From the human T2T-CHM13v2.0 reference genome, Homo sapiens, in the NCBI RefSeq assembly GCF_009914755.1, contig NC_060929.1: a DNA stretch of 64,000 bases, one strand, 5' to 3'. The notes under the pieces are model-generated. The model was given only the letters and a program-made list of their open reading frames with translations, ran no database searches and was not told the origin of the DNA. The position numbers and the translations under genes were made by a program. Of the stretch, positions 23,501-36,700 are shown piece after piece. Every line of letters begins with the position of its first letter. Positions within the stretch are counted from its first letter, which is position 1.

Positions 23501-26500
23501 CTGCGATGTGTGCGTTCAACTCTCAGAGTTTAACTTTTCTTTTCATTCAGCAGTTTGGAAACACTCTGTTTGTAAAGTCTGCACGTGGATAATTTGACCA
23601 CTTAGAGGCCTTCGTTGGAAACGGGTTTTTTTCATGTAAGGCTAGACAGAAGAGTTCTCAGTAACTTCCTTGTGTTGTGTGTATTCAACTCACACAGTTG
23701 AACGGTCCTTTACACAGAGCAGACTTGTAACACTCTTTTTGTGGAATTTGCAAGTGGAGATTTCAGCCGCTTTGAAGTCAAAGTAGAAAAGGAAATATCT
23801 TCCTATAAAAACTAGACAGAATGATTCTCAGAAACTCCTTTGTGATGTGTGCGTTCAACTCACAGAGTTTAACCTTTCTTTTCATAGAGCAGTTAGGAAA
23901 CACTCTGTTTGTAAAGTCTGCAAGTGGATATTGAGACCTCTTTGAGGCCTTCGTTGGAAACGGGTTTTTTTCATATAAGGCTAGACAGAAGAATTCCCAG
24001 TAACTTCCTTGTGTTGTGTGTGTTCAACTCACAGAGTTGAACTTTCATTTACACAGAGCAGATTTGAAACACTCTTTTTGTGGAATTTGCAGGTGGAGAT
24101 TTCAAGCGCTTTGAGGCCAAAGGCAGAAAAGGAAATATCTTCGTATAAAAACTAGACAGAATCATTCTCAGAAACTGCTCTGCGATGTGTGCGTTCAACT
24201 CTCAGAGTTTAACTTTTCTTTTCATTCAGCAGTTTGGAAACACTCTGTTTGTAAAGTCTGCACGTGGATAATTTGACCACTTAGAGGCCTTCGTTGGAAA
24301 CGGGTTTTTTTCATGTAAGGCTAGACAGAAGAGTTCTCAGTAACTTCCTTGTGTTGTGTGTATTCAACTCACACAGTTGAACGATCCTTTATAGAGAGCA
24401 GACTTGTAACACTCTTTTTGTGGAATTTGCAAGTGGAGATTTCAGCCGCTTTGAAGTCAAAGTAGAAAAGGAAATATCTTCCTATAAAAACTAGACAGAA
24501 TGATTCTCAGAAACTCCTTTGTGATGTGTGCGTTCAACTCACAGAGTTTAACCTTTCTTTTCATAGAGCAGTTAGGAAACACTCTGCTTGTAAAGTCTGC
24601 AAGTGGATATTCAGACCTCTTTGAGGCCTTCGTTGGAAACGGGTTTTTTTCATATAAGGCTAGACAGAAGAATTCCCAGTAACTTCCTTGTGTTGTGTGT
24701 GTTCAACTCACAGAGTTGAACTTTCATTTACACAGAGCAGATTTGAAACACTCTTTTTGTGGAATTTGCAGGTGGAGATTTCAAGCGCTTTGAGGCCAAA
24801 GGCAGAAAAGGAAATATCTTCGTATAAAAACTAGACAGAATCATTCTCAGAAACTGCTCTGCGATGTGTGCGTTCAACTCTCAGAGTTTAACTTTTCTTT
24901 TCATTCAGCAGTTTGGAAACACTCTGTTTGTAAAGTCTGCACGTGGATAATTTGACCACTTAGAGGCCTTCGTTGGAAACGGGTTTTTTTCATGTAAGGC
25001 TAGACAGAAGAATTCTCAGTAACTTCCTTGTGTTGTGTGTATTCAACTCACAGAGTTGAACGATCCTTTACACAGAGCAGACTTGTAACACTCTTTTTGT
25101 GGAATTTGCAAGTGGAGATTTCAGCCGCTTTGAAGTCAAAGGTAGAAAAGGAAATATCTTCCTATAAAAACTAGACAGAATGATTCTCAGAAACTCCTTT
25201 GTGATGTGTGCGTTCAACTCACAGAGTTTAACCTTTCTTTTCATAGAGCAGTTAGGAAACACTCTGCTTGTAAAGTCTGCAAGTGGATATTCAGCCCTCT
25301 TTGAGGCCTTCGTTGGAAACGGGTTTTTTTCATATAAGGCTAGACAGAAGAATTCCCAGTAACTTCCTTGTGTTGTGTGTGTTCAACTCACAGAGTTGAA
25401 CTTTCATTTACACAGAGCAGATTTGAAACACTCTTTTTGTGGAATTTGCAAGTGGAGATTTCAAGCGCTTTGAGGCCAAAGGCAGAAAAGGAAATATCTT
25501 CGTATAAAAAGTAGACAGAATCATTCTCAGAAACTGCTCTGCGATGTGTGCGTTCAACTCTCAGAGTTTAACTTTTCTTTTCATTCAGCAGTTTGGAAAC
25601 ACTCTGTTTGTAAAGTCTGCACGTGGATATTTTGACCACTTAGAGGCCTTCGTTGGAAACGGGTTTTTTTCCTGTAAGGCTAGACAGAAGAATTCCCAGT
25701 AACTTCCTTGTGTTGTGTACATTCAACTCACAGAGTTGAACGTTCCCTTAGACAGAGCAGATTTGAAACACTCTTTTTGTGCAATTGGCAAGTGGAGATT
25801 TCAAGCGCTTTAAGGTCAATGGCAGAAAAGGAAATATCTTCGTTTCAAAACTAGAGAGAATCATTCCCAAAAACTGCGTTGTGATGTGTTCGTTCATCTC
25901 ACAGAGTTTAACCTTTCTTTTCATAGAGCAGTTAGGAAACAGTCTGTTTGTAAATTCTGTAAGTGGATATTCTGACATCTTGTGGCCTTCGTTGGAAACG
26001 GGATTTCTTCATATTCTGCTAGACAGAAGAACTCTCAGAATCTTCCTTGTGTTGTGTGTATTCAACTCACAGAGTTGAACGATGGTTTACACAGAGCAGA
26101 TTTGAAACACTCTTTTTGTGGAATTTGCAAGTGGAGATTTCAGCCGCTTTGAGGTCAATGGTAGAAAAGGAAATATCTTCCTATAAAAACTAGACAGAAT
26201 GATTCTCAGAAACTCCTTTGTGATGTGTGCGTTCAACTCACAGAGTTTAACCTTTCTTTTCATAGAGCAGTTAGGAAACACTCTGCTTGTAAAGTCTGCA
26301 AGTGGATATTCAGCCCTCTTTGAGGCCTTCGTTGGAAACGGGTTTCTTCATACTGTGCTAGACAGAAGAATTCTCAGTAACTTCCTTGTGTTGTGTGTAT
26401 TCAACTCACAGAGTTGAACGATCCTTTACACAGAGCAGACTTGAAACACTCTTTTTGTGGAATTTGCAAGTGGAGATTTCAGCCGCGTTGAGGTCAATGG

Positions 26501-29500
26501 TAGAAAAGGAAATATCTTCGTATAAAAACTAGACAGAATGATTCTCAGAAACTCCTTTGAGATGTGTGTGTTCAACTCACAGAGTTTAACCTTTCTTTTC
26601 ATAGAGCAGTTAGGAATCACTCTGTTTGTAAAGTCTGCAAGTGGATATTCAGACCTCTTTGAGGCCTTCGTTGGAAACGGGTTTTTTTCATATAAGGCTA
26701 GACAGAAGAATTCCCAGTAACTTCCTTGTGTTGTGTGTGTTCAACTCACAGAGTTGAACTTTCATTTACACAGAGCAGATTTGAAACACTCTTTTTGTGG
26801 AATTTGCAAATGGAGATTTCAAGCGCTTTGAGGCCAAAGGCAGAAAAGGAAATATCTTCGTATAAAAACTAGACAGAATCATTCTCAGAAACTGCTCTGC
26901 GATGTGTGCGTTCAACTCTCAGAGTTTAAATTTGCTTTTCATTCAGCAGTTTGGAAACACTCTGTTTGTAAAGTCTGCACGTGGATAATTTGACCACTTA
27001 GAGGCCTTCGTTGGAAACGGGTTTTTTTCATGTAAGGCTAGACAGAAGAATTCTCAGTAACTTCCTTGTGTTGTGTGTATTCAACTCACAGAGTTGAACG
27101 ATCCTTTACACAGAGCAGACTTGTAACACTCTTTTTGTGGAATTTGAAAGTGGAGATTTCAGCCGCTTTGAAGTCAAAGGTAGAAAAGGAAATATCTTCC
27201 TATAAAAACTACACAGAATGATTCTCAGAAACTCCTTTGTGATGTGTGCGTTCAACTCACAGAGTTTAACCTTTCTTTTCATAGAGGAGTTAGGAAACAC
27301 TCTGTTTGTAAAGTCTGCAAGTGGATATTCAGACCTCTTTGAGGCCTTCGTTGGAAACGGGTTTTTTTCATATAAGGCTAGACAGAAGAATTCCCAGTAA
27401 CTTCATTGTGTTGTGTGTGTTCAACTCACAGAGTTGAACTTTCATTTACACAGAGCAGATTTGAAACACTCTTTTTGTGGAATTTGCAGGTGGAGATTTC
27501 AAGCGCTTTGAGGCCAAAGGCAGAAAAGGAAATATCTTCGTATAAAAACTAGACAGAATCATTCTCAGAAACTGCTCTGCGATGTGTGCGTTCAACTCTC
27601 AGAGTTTAACTTTTCTTTTCATTCAGCAGTTTGGAAACACTCTGTTTGTAAAGTCTGCACGTGGATAATTTGACCACTTAGAGGCCTTCGTTGGAAACGG
27701 GTTTTTTTCATGTAAGGCTAGACAGAAGAATTCTCAGTAACTTCCTTGTGTTGTGTGTATTCAACTCACAGAGTTGAACGATCCTTTACACAGAGCAGAC
27801 TTGTAACACTCTTTTTGTGGAATTTGCAAGTGGAGATTTCAGCCGCTTTGAAGTCAAAGGTAGAAAAGGAAATATCTTCCTATAAAAACTAGACAGAATG
27901 ATTCTCAGAAACTCCTTTGTGATGTGTGCGTTCAACTCACAGAGTTTAACCTTTCTTTTCATAGAGCAGTTAGGAAACACTCTGCTTGTAAAGTCTGCAA
28001 GTGGATATTCAGCCCTCTTTGAGGCCTTCGTTGGAAACGGGTTTTTTTCATATAAGGCTAGACAGAAGAATTCCCAGTAACTTCCTTGTGTTGTGTGTGT
28101 TCAACTCACAGAGTTGAACTTTCATTTACACAGAGCAGATTTGAAACACTCTTTTTGTGGAATTTGCAAGTGGAGATTTCAAGCGCTTTGAGGCCAAAGG
28201 CAGAAAAGGAAATATCTTCGTATAAAAACTAGACAGAATCATTCTCAGAAACTGCTCTGCGATGTGTGCGTTCAACTCTCAGAGTTTAACATTTCTTTTC
28301 ATTCAGCAGTTTGGAAACACTCTGTTTGTAAAGTCTGCACGTGGATAATTTGACCACTTAGAGGCCTTCGTTGGAAACGGGTTTTTTTCATGTAAGGCTA
28401 GACAGAAGAGTTCTCAGTAACTTCCTTGTGTTGTGTGTATTCAACTCACACAGTTGAACGGTCCTTTACACAGAGCAGACTTGTAACACTCTTTTTGTGG
28501 AATTTGCAAGTGGAGATTTCAGCCGCTTTGAAGTCAAAGTAGAAAAGGAAATATCTTCCTATAAAAACTAGACAGAATGATTCTCAGAAACTCCTTTGTG
28601 ATGTGTGCGTTCAACTCACAGAGTTTAACCTTTCTTTTCATAGAGCAGTTAGGAAACACTCTGTTTGTAAAGTCTGCAAGTGGATATTCAGACCTCTTTG
28701 AGGCCTTCGTTGGAAACGGGTTTTTTTCATATAAGGCTAGACAGAAGAATTCCCAGTAACTTCCTTGTGTTGTGTGTGTTCAACTCACAGAGTTGAACTT
28801 TCATTTACACAGAGCAGATTTGAAACACTCTTTTTGTGGAATTTGCAGGTGGAGATTTCAAGCGCTTTGAGGCCAAAGGCAGAAAACGAAATATCTTCGT
28901 ATAAAAACTAGACAGAATCATTCTCAGAAACTGCTCTGCGATGTGTGCGTTCAACTCTCAGAGTTTAACTTTTCTTTTCATTCAGCAGTTTGGAAACACT
29001 CTGTTTGTAAAGTCTGCACGTGGATAATTTGACCACTTAGAGGCCTTCGTTGGAAACGGGTTTTTTTCATGTAAGGCTAGACAGAAGAATTCTCAGTAAC
29101 TTCCTTGTGTTGTGTGTATTCAACTCACAGAGTTGAACGATCCTTTACACAGAGCAGACTTGTAACACTCTTTTTGTGGAATTTGCAAGTGGAGATTTCA
29201 GCCGCTTTGAAGTCAAAGGTAGAAAAGGAAATATCTTCCTATAAAAACTAGACAGAATGATTCTCAGAAACTCCTTTGTGATGTGTGCGTTCAACTCACA
29301 GAGTTTAACCTTTCTTTTCATAGAGCAGTTAGGAAACACTCTGCTTGTAAAGTCTGCAAGTGGATATTCAGCCCTCTTTGAGGCCTTCGTTGGAAACGGG
29401 TTTTTTTCATATAAGGCTAGACAGAAGAATTCCCAGTAACTTCCTTGTGTTGTGTGTGTTCAACTCACAGAGTTGAACTTTGATTTACACAGAGCAGATT

Positions 29501-29766
29501 TGAAACACTCTTTTTGTGGAATTTGCAAGTGGAGATTTCAAGCGCTTTGAGGCCAAAGGCAGAAAAGGAAATATCTTCGTATAAAAACTAGACAGAATCA
29601 TTCTCAGAAACTGCTCTGCGATGTGTGCGTTCAACTCTCAGAGTTTAACTTTTCTTTTCATTCAGCAGTTTGGAAACACTCTGTTTGTAAAGTCTGCACG
29701 TGGATATTTTGACCACTTAGAGGCCTTCGTTGGAAACGGGTTTTTTTCCTGTAAGGCTGGACAGAA

Positions 29767-30785
29767 GAATTCCCAGTAACTTCCTTGTGTTGTGTACATT
29801 CAACTCACAGAGTTGAACGTTCCCTTAGACAGAGCAGATTTGAAACACTCTTTTTGTGCAATTGGCAAGTGGAGATTTCAAGCGCTTTAAGGTCAATGGC
29901 AGAAAAGGAAATATCTTCGTTTCAAAACTAGACAGAATCATTCCCACAAACTGCGTTGTGATGTGTTCGTTCATCTCACAGAGTTTAACCTTTCTTTTCA
30001 TAGAGCAGTTAGGAAACACTCTGTTTGTAAATTCTGTAAGTGGATATTCTGACATCTTGTGGCCTTCGTTGGAAACGGGATTTCTTCATATTCTGCTAGA
30101 CAGAAGAATTCTCAGTAACTTCCTTGTGTTGTGTGTATTCAACTCACAGAGTTGAACGATCCTTTACACAGAGCAGACTTGTAACACTCTTTTTGTGGAA
30201 TTTGCAAGTGGAGATTTCAGCCGCTTTGAAGTCAAAGGTAGAAAAGGAAATATCTTCCTATAAAAACTAGACAGAATGATTCTCAGAAACTCCTTTGTGA
30301 TGTGTGCGTTCAACTCACAGAGTTTAACCTTTCTTTTCATAGAGCAGTTAGGAAACACTCTGCTTGTAAAGTCTGCAAGTGGATATTCAGCCCTCTTTGA
30401 GGCCTTCGTTGGAAACGGGTTTTTTTCATATAAGGCTAGACAGAAGAATTCCCAGTAACTTCCTTGTGTTGTGTGTGTTCAACTCACAGAGTTGAACTTT
30501 CATTTACACAGAGCAGATTTGAAACACTCTTTTTGTGGAATTTGCAAGTGGAGATTTCAAGCGCTTTGAGGCCAAAGGCAGAAAAGGAAATATCTTCGTA
30601 TAAAAACTAGACAGAATCATTCTCAGAAACTGCTCTGCGATGTGTGCGTTCAACTCTCAGAGTTTAACTTTTCTTTTCATTCAGCAGTTTGGAAACACTC
30701 TGTTTGTAAAGCCTGCACGTGGATATTTTGACCACTTAGAGGCCTTCGTTGGAAACGGGTTTTTTTCCTGTAAGGCTAGACAGAA
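29767..30785 (+). repeat. 6-mer HOR unit C-A-B (1019 bp), only copy in window
   Basis: C dimers at 29856 and 30875 are 1019 bp apart, and C is followed directly by an A dimer with no D. Confidence 0.85.
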
Positions 30786-33700
30786 GAATTCCCAGTAACT
30801 TCCTTGTGTTGTGTACATTCAACTCACAGAGTTGAACGTTCCCTTAGACAGAGCAGATTTGAAACACTCTTTTTGTGCAATTGGCAAGTGGAGATTTCAA
30901 GCGCTTTGAGGTCAATGGCAGAAAAGGAAATATCTTCCTTTCAAAACTAGACAGAATCATTCCCACAAACTGCGTTGTGATGTGTTCGTTCAACTCACAG
31001 AGTTTAACCTTTCTTTTCATAGAGCAGTTAGGAAACAGTCTGTTTGAAAATTCTGTAAGTGGATATTCTGACATCTTGTGGCCTTCGTTGGAAACGGGAT
31101 TTCTTCATATTCTGCTAGACAGAAGAATTCTCAGAATCTTCCTTGTGTTGTGTGTATTCAACTCACAGAGTTGAACGACGGTTTACACAGAGCAGATTTG
31201 AAACACTCATTTGGTGGAATTTGCAAGTGGAGATTTCAGCCGCTTTGAGGTCAATGGTAGAAAAGGAAATATCTTCGTATAACAACTAGACAGAATGATT
31301 CTCAGAAACTTCTTTGTGATGTGTGTGTTCAACTCACAGAGTTTAACCTTTCTTTTCATAGAGCAGTTAGGAAACACTGTGTTTTTAAACTCTGCAAGTG
31401 GATATTCAGACCTCTTTGAGGCCTTCGTTGGAAACGGGTTTCTTCATACTGTGCTAGACAGAAGAATTCTCAGTAACTTCCTTGTGTTGTGTGTATTCAA
31501 CTCACAGAGTTGAACGATCCTTTACACAGAGCAGACTTGAAACACTCTTTTTGTGGAATTTGCAAGTGGAGATTTCAGCCGCGTTGAGGTCAATGGTAGA
31601 AAAGGAAATATCTTCGTATAAAAACTAGACAGAATGATTCTCAGAAACTCCTTTGAGATGTGTGTGTTCAACTCACAGAGTTTAACCTTTCTTTTCATAG
31701 AGCAGTTAGGAATCACTCTGTTTGTAAAGTCTGCAAGTGGATATTCAGACCTCTTTGAGGCCTTCGTTGGAAACGGGTTTTTTTCATATAAGGCTAGACA
31801 GAAGAATTCCCAGTAACTTCCTTGTGTTGTGTGTGTTCAACTCACAGAGTTGAACTTTCATTTACACAGAGCAGATTTGAAACACTCTTTTTGTGGAATT
31901 TGCAAATGGAGATTTCAAGCGCTTTGAGGCCAAAGGCAGAAAAGGAAATATCTTCGTATAAAAACTAGACAGAATCATTCTCAGAAACTGCTCTGCGATG
32001 TGTGCGTTCAACTCTCAGAGTTTAAATTTGCTTTTCATTCAGCAGTTTGGAAACACTCTGTTTGTAAAGTCTGCACGTGGATAATTTGACCACTTAGAGG
32101 CCTTCGTTGGAAACGGGTTTTTTTCATGTAAGGCTAGACAGAAGAATTCTCAGTAACTTCCTTGTGTTGTGTGTATTCAACTCACAGAGTTGAACGATCC
32201 TTTACACAGAGCAGACTTGTAACACTCTTTTTGTGGAATTTGAAAGTGGAGATTTCAGCCGCTTTGAAGTCAAAGGTAGAAAAGGAAATATCTTCCTATA
32301 AAAACTACACAGAATGATTCTCAGAAACTCCTTTGTGATGTGTGCGTTCAACTCACAGAGTTTAACCTTTCTTTTCATAGAGGAGTTAGGAAACACTCTG
32401 TTTGTAAAGTCTGCAAGTGGATATTCAGACCTCTTTGAGGCCTTCGTTGGAAACGGGTTTTTTTCATATAAGGCTAGACAGAAGAATTCCCAGTAACTTC
32501 ATTGTGTTGTGTGTGTTCAACTCACAGAGTTGAACTTTCATTTACACAGAGCAGATTTGAAACACTCTTTTTGTGGAATTTGCAGGTGGAGATTTCAAGC
32601 GCTTTGAGGCCAAAGGCAGAAAAGGAAATATCTTCGTATAAAATCTAGACAGAATCATTCTCAGAAACTGCTCTGCGATGTGTGCGTTCAACTCTCAGAG
32701 TTTAACTTTTCTTTTCATTCAGCAGTTTGGAAACACTCTGTTTGTAAAGTCTGCACGTGGATAATTTGACCACTTAGAGGCCTTCGTTGGAAACGGGTTT
32801 TTTTCATGTAAGGCTAGACAGAAGAATTCTCAGTAACTTCCTTGTGTTGTGTGTATTCAACTCACAGAGTTGAACGATCCTTTACACAGAGCAGACTTGT
32901 AACACTCTTTTTGTGGAATTTGCAAGTGGAGATTTCAGCCGCTTTGAAGTCAAAGGTAGAAAAGGAAATATCTTCCTATAAAAACTAGACAGAATGATTC
33001 TCAGAAACTCCTTTGTGATGTGTGCGTTCAACTCACAGAGTTTAACCTTTCTTTTCATAGAGCAGTTAGGAAACACTCTGCTTGTAAAGTCTGCAAGTGG
33101 ATATTCAGCCCTCTTTGAGGCCTTCGTTGGAAACGGGTTTTTTTCATATAAGGCTAGACAGAAGAATTCCCAGTAACTTCCTTGTGTTGTGTGTGTTCAA
33201 CTCACAGAGTTGAACTTTCATTTACACAGAGCAGATTTGAAACACTCTTTTTGTGGAATTTGCAAGTGGAGATTTCAAGCGCTTTGAGGCCAAAGGCAGA
33301 AAAGGAAATATCTTCGTATAAAAACTAGACAGAATCATTCTCAGAAACTGCTCTGCGATGTGTGCGTTCAACTCTCAGAGTTTAACTTTTCTTTTCATTC
33401 AGCAGTTTGGAAACACTCTGTTTGTAAAGTCTGCACGTGGATATTTTGACCACTTAGAGGCCTTCGTTGGAAACGGGTTTTTTTCCTGTAAGGCTAGACA
33501 GAAGAATTCCCAGTAACTTCCTTGTGTTGTGTACATTCAACTCACAGAGTTGAACGTTCCCTTAGACAGAGCAGATTTGAAACACTCTTTTTGTGCAATT
33601 GGCAAGTGGAGATTTCAAGCGCTTTAAGGTCAATGGCAGAAAAGGAAATATCTTCGTTTCAAAACTAGGCAGAATCATTCCCACAAACTGCGTTGTGATG

Positions 33701-36700
33701 TGTTCGTTCATCTCACAGAGTTTAACCTTTCTTTTCATAGAGCAGTTAGGAAACACTCTGTTTGTAAATTCTGTAAGTGGATATTCTGACATCTTGTGGC
33801 CTTCGTTGGAAACGGGATTTCTTCATATTCTGCTAGACAGAAGAATTCTCAGAATCTTCCTTGTGTTGTGTGTATTCAACTCACACAGTTGAACGATGGT
33901 TTACACAGAGCAGATTTGAAACACTCTTTTTGTGGAATTTGCAAGTGGAGATTTCAGCCGCTTTGAGGTCAATGGTAGAAAAGGAAATATCTTCGTATAA
34001 AAACTAGACAGAATGATTCTCAGAAACTTCTTTGTGATGTGTGCGTTCAACTCACAGAGTTTAACCTTTCTTTTCATAGAGCAGTTAGGAAACACTCTGT
34101 TTGTAAACTCTGCAAGTGGATATTCAGACCTCTTCGAGGCCTTCGTTGGAAACGGGATTTCTTCATACTGTGCTAGACAGAAGAATTCTCAGTAACTTCC
34201 TTGTGTTGTGGGTATTCAACTCACAGAGTTGAACGATCCTTTACACAGAGCAGACTTGGAACACTCTTTTTGTGGAATTTGCAAGTGGAGATTTCAGCCG
34301 CGTTGAGGTCAATGGTAGAAAAGGAAATATCTTCGTATAAAAACTAGACAGAATGATTCTCAGAAACTCCTTTGAGATGTGTGTGTTCAACTCACAGAGT
34401 TTAACCTTTCTTTTCATAGAGCAGTTAGGAATCACTCTGTTTGTAAAGTCTGCAAGTGGATATTCAGACCTCTTTGAGGCCTTCGTTGGAAACGGGTTTT
34501 TTTCATATAAGGCTAGAGAGAAGAATTCCCAGTAACTTCCTTGTGTTGTGTGTGTTCAACTCACAGAGTTGAACTTTCATTTACACAGAGCAGATTTGAA
34601 ACACTCTTTTTGTGGAATTTGCAATTGGAGATTTCAAGCGCTTTGAGGCCAAAGGCAGAAAAGGAAATATCTTCGTATAAAAACTAGACAGAATCATTCT
34701 CAGAAACTGCTCTGCGATGTGTGCGTTCAACTCTCAGAGTTTAACTTTGCTTTTCATTCAGCAGTTTGGAAACACTCTGTTTCTAAAGTCTGCACGTGGA
34801 TAATTTGACCACTTAGAGGCCTTCGTTGGAAACGGGTTTTTTTCCTGTAAGGCTAGACAGAAGAATTCTCAGTAACTTCCTTGTGTTGTGTGTATTCAAC
34901 TCACAGAGTTGAACGATCCTTTACACAGAGCAGACTTGTAACACTCTTTTTGTGGAATTTGCAAGTGGAGATTTCAGCCGCTTTGAAGTCAAAGGTAGAA
35001 AAGGAAATATCTTCCTATAAAAACTACACAGAATGATTCTCAGAAACTCCTTTGTGATGTGTGCGTTCAACTCACAGAGTTTAACCTTTCTTTTCATAGA
35101 GCAGTTAGGAAACACTCTGCTTGTAAAGTCTGCAAGTGGATATTCAGCCCTCTTTGAGGCCTTCGTTGGAAACGGGTTTTTTTCATATAAGGCTAGACAG
35201 AAGAATTCCCAGTAACTTCCTTGTGTTGTGTGTGTTCAACTCACAGAGTTGAACTTTGATTTACACAGAGCAGATTTGAAACACTCTTTTTGTGGAATTT
35301 GCAAGTGGAGATTTCAAGCGCTTTGAGGCCAAAGGCAGAAAAGGAAATATCTTCGTATAAAAACTAGACAGAATCATTCTCAGAAACTGCTCTGCGATGT
35401 GTGCGTTCAACTCTCAGAGTTTAACTTTTCTTTTCATTCAGCAGTTTGGAAACACTCTGTTTGTAAAGTCTGCACGTGGATATTTTGACCACTTAGAGGC
35501 CTTCGTTGGAAACGGGTTTTTTTCCTGTAAGGCTAGACAGAAGAATTCCCAGTAACTTCCTTGTGTTGTGTACATTCAACTCACAGAGTTGAACGTTCCC
35601 TTAGACAGAGCAGATTTGAAACACTCTTTTTGTGCAATTGGCAAGTGGAGATTTCAAGCGCTTTGAGGTCAATGGCAGAAAAGGAAATATCTTCCTTTCA
35701 AAACTAGACAGAATCATTCCCACAAACTGCGTTGTGATGTGTTCGTTCAACTCACAGAGTTTAACCTTTCTTTTCATAGAGCAGTTAGGAAACAGTCTGT
35801 TTGAAAATTCTGTAAGTGGATATTCTGACATCTTGTGGCCTTCGTTGGAAACGGGATTTCTTCATATTCTGCTAGACAGAAGAATTCTCAGAATCTTCCT
35901 TGTGTTGTGTGTATTCAACTCACAGAGTTGAACGATGGTTTACACAGAGCAGATTTGAAACACTCATTTGGTGGAATTTGCAAGTGGAGATTTCAGCCGC
36001 TTTGAGGTCAATGGTAGAAAAGGAAATATCTTCGTATAACAACTAGACAGAATGATTCTCAGAAACTTCTTTGTGATGTGTGTGTTCAACTCACAGAGTT
36101 TAACCTTTCTTTTCATAGAGCAGTTAGGAAACACTGTGTTTTTAAACTCTGCAAGTGGATATTCAGACCTCTTTGAGGCCTTCGTTGGAAACGGGTTTCT
36201 TCATACTGTGCTAGACAGAAGAATTCTCAGTAACTTCCTTGTGTTGTGTGTATTCAACTCACAGAGTTGAACGATCCTTTACACAGAGCAGACTTGAAAC
36301 ACTCTTTTTGTGGAATTTGCAAGTGGAGATTTCAGCCGCGTTGAGGTCAATGGTAGAAAAGGAAATATCTTCGTATAAAAACTAGACAGAATGATTCTCA
36401 GAAACTCCTTTGAGATGTGTGTGTTCAACTCACAGAGTTTAACCTTTCTTTTCATAGAGCAGTTAGGAATCACTCTGTTTGTAAAGTCTGCAAGTGGATA
36501 TTCAGACCTCTTTGAGGCCTTCGTTGGAAACGGGTTTTTTTCATATAAGGCTAGACAGAAGAATTCCCAGTAACTTCCTTGTGTTGTGTGTGTTCAACTC
36601 ACAGAGTTGAACTTTCATTTACACAGAGCAGATTTGAAACACTCTTTTTGTGGAATTTGCAAATGGAGATTTCAAGCGCTTTGAGGCCAAAGGCAGAAAA

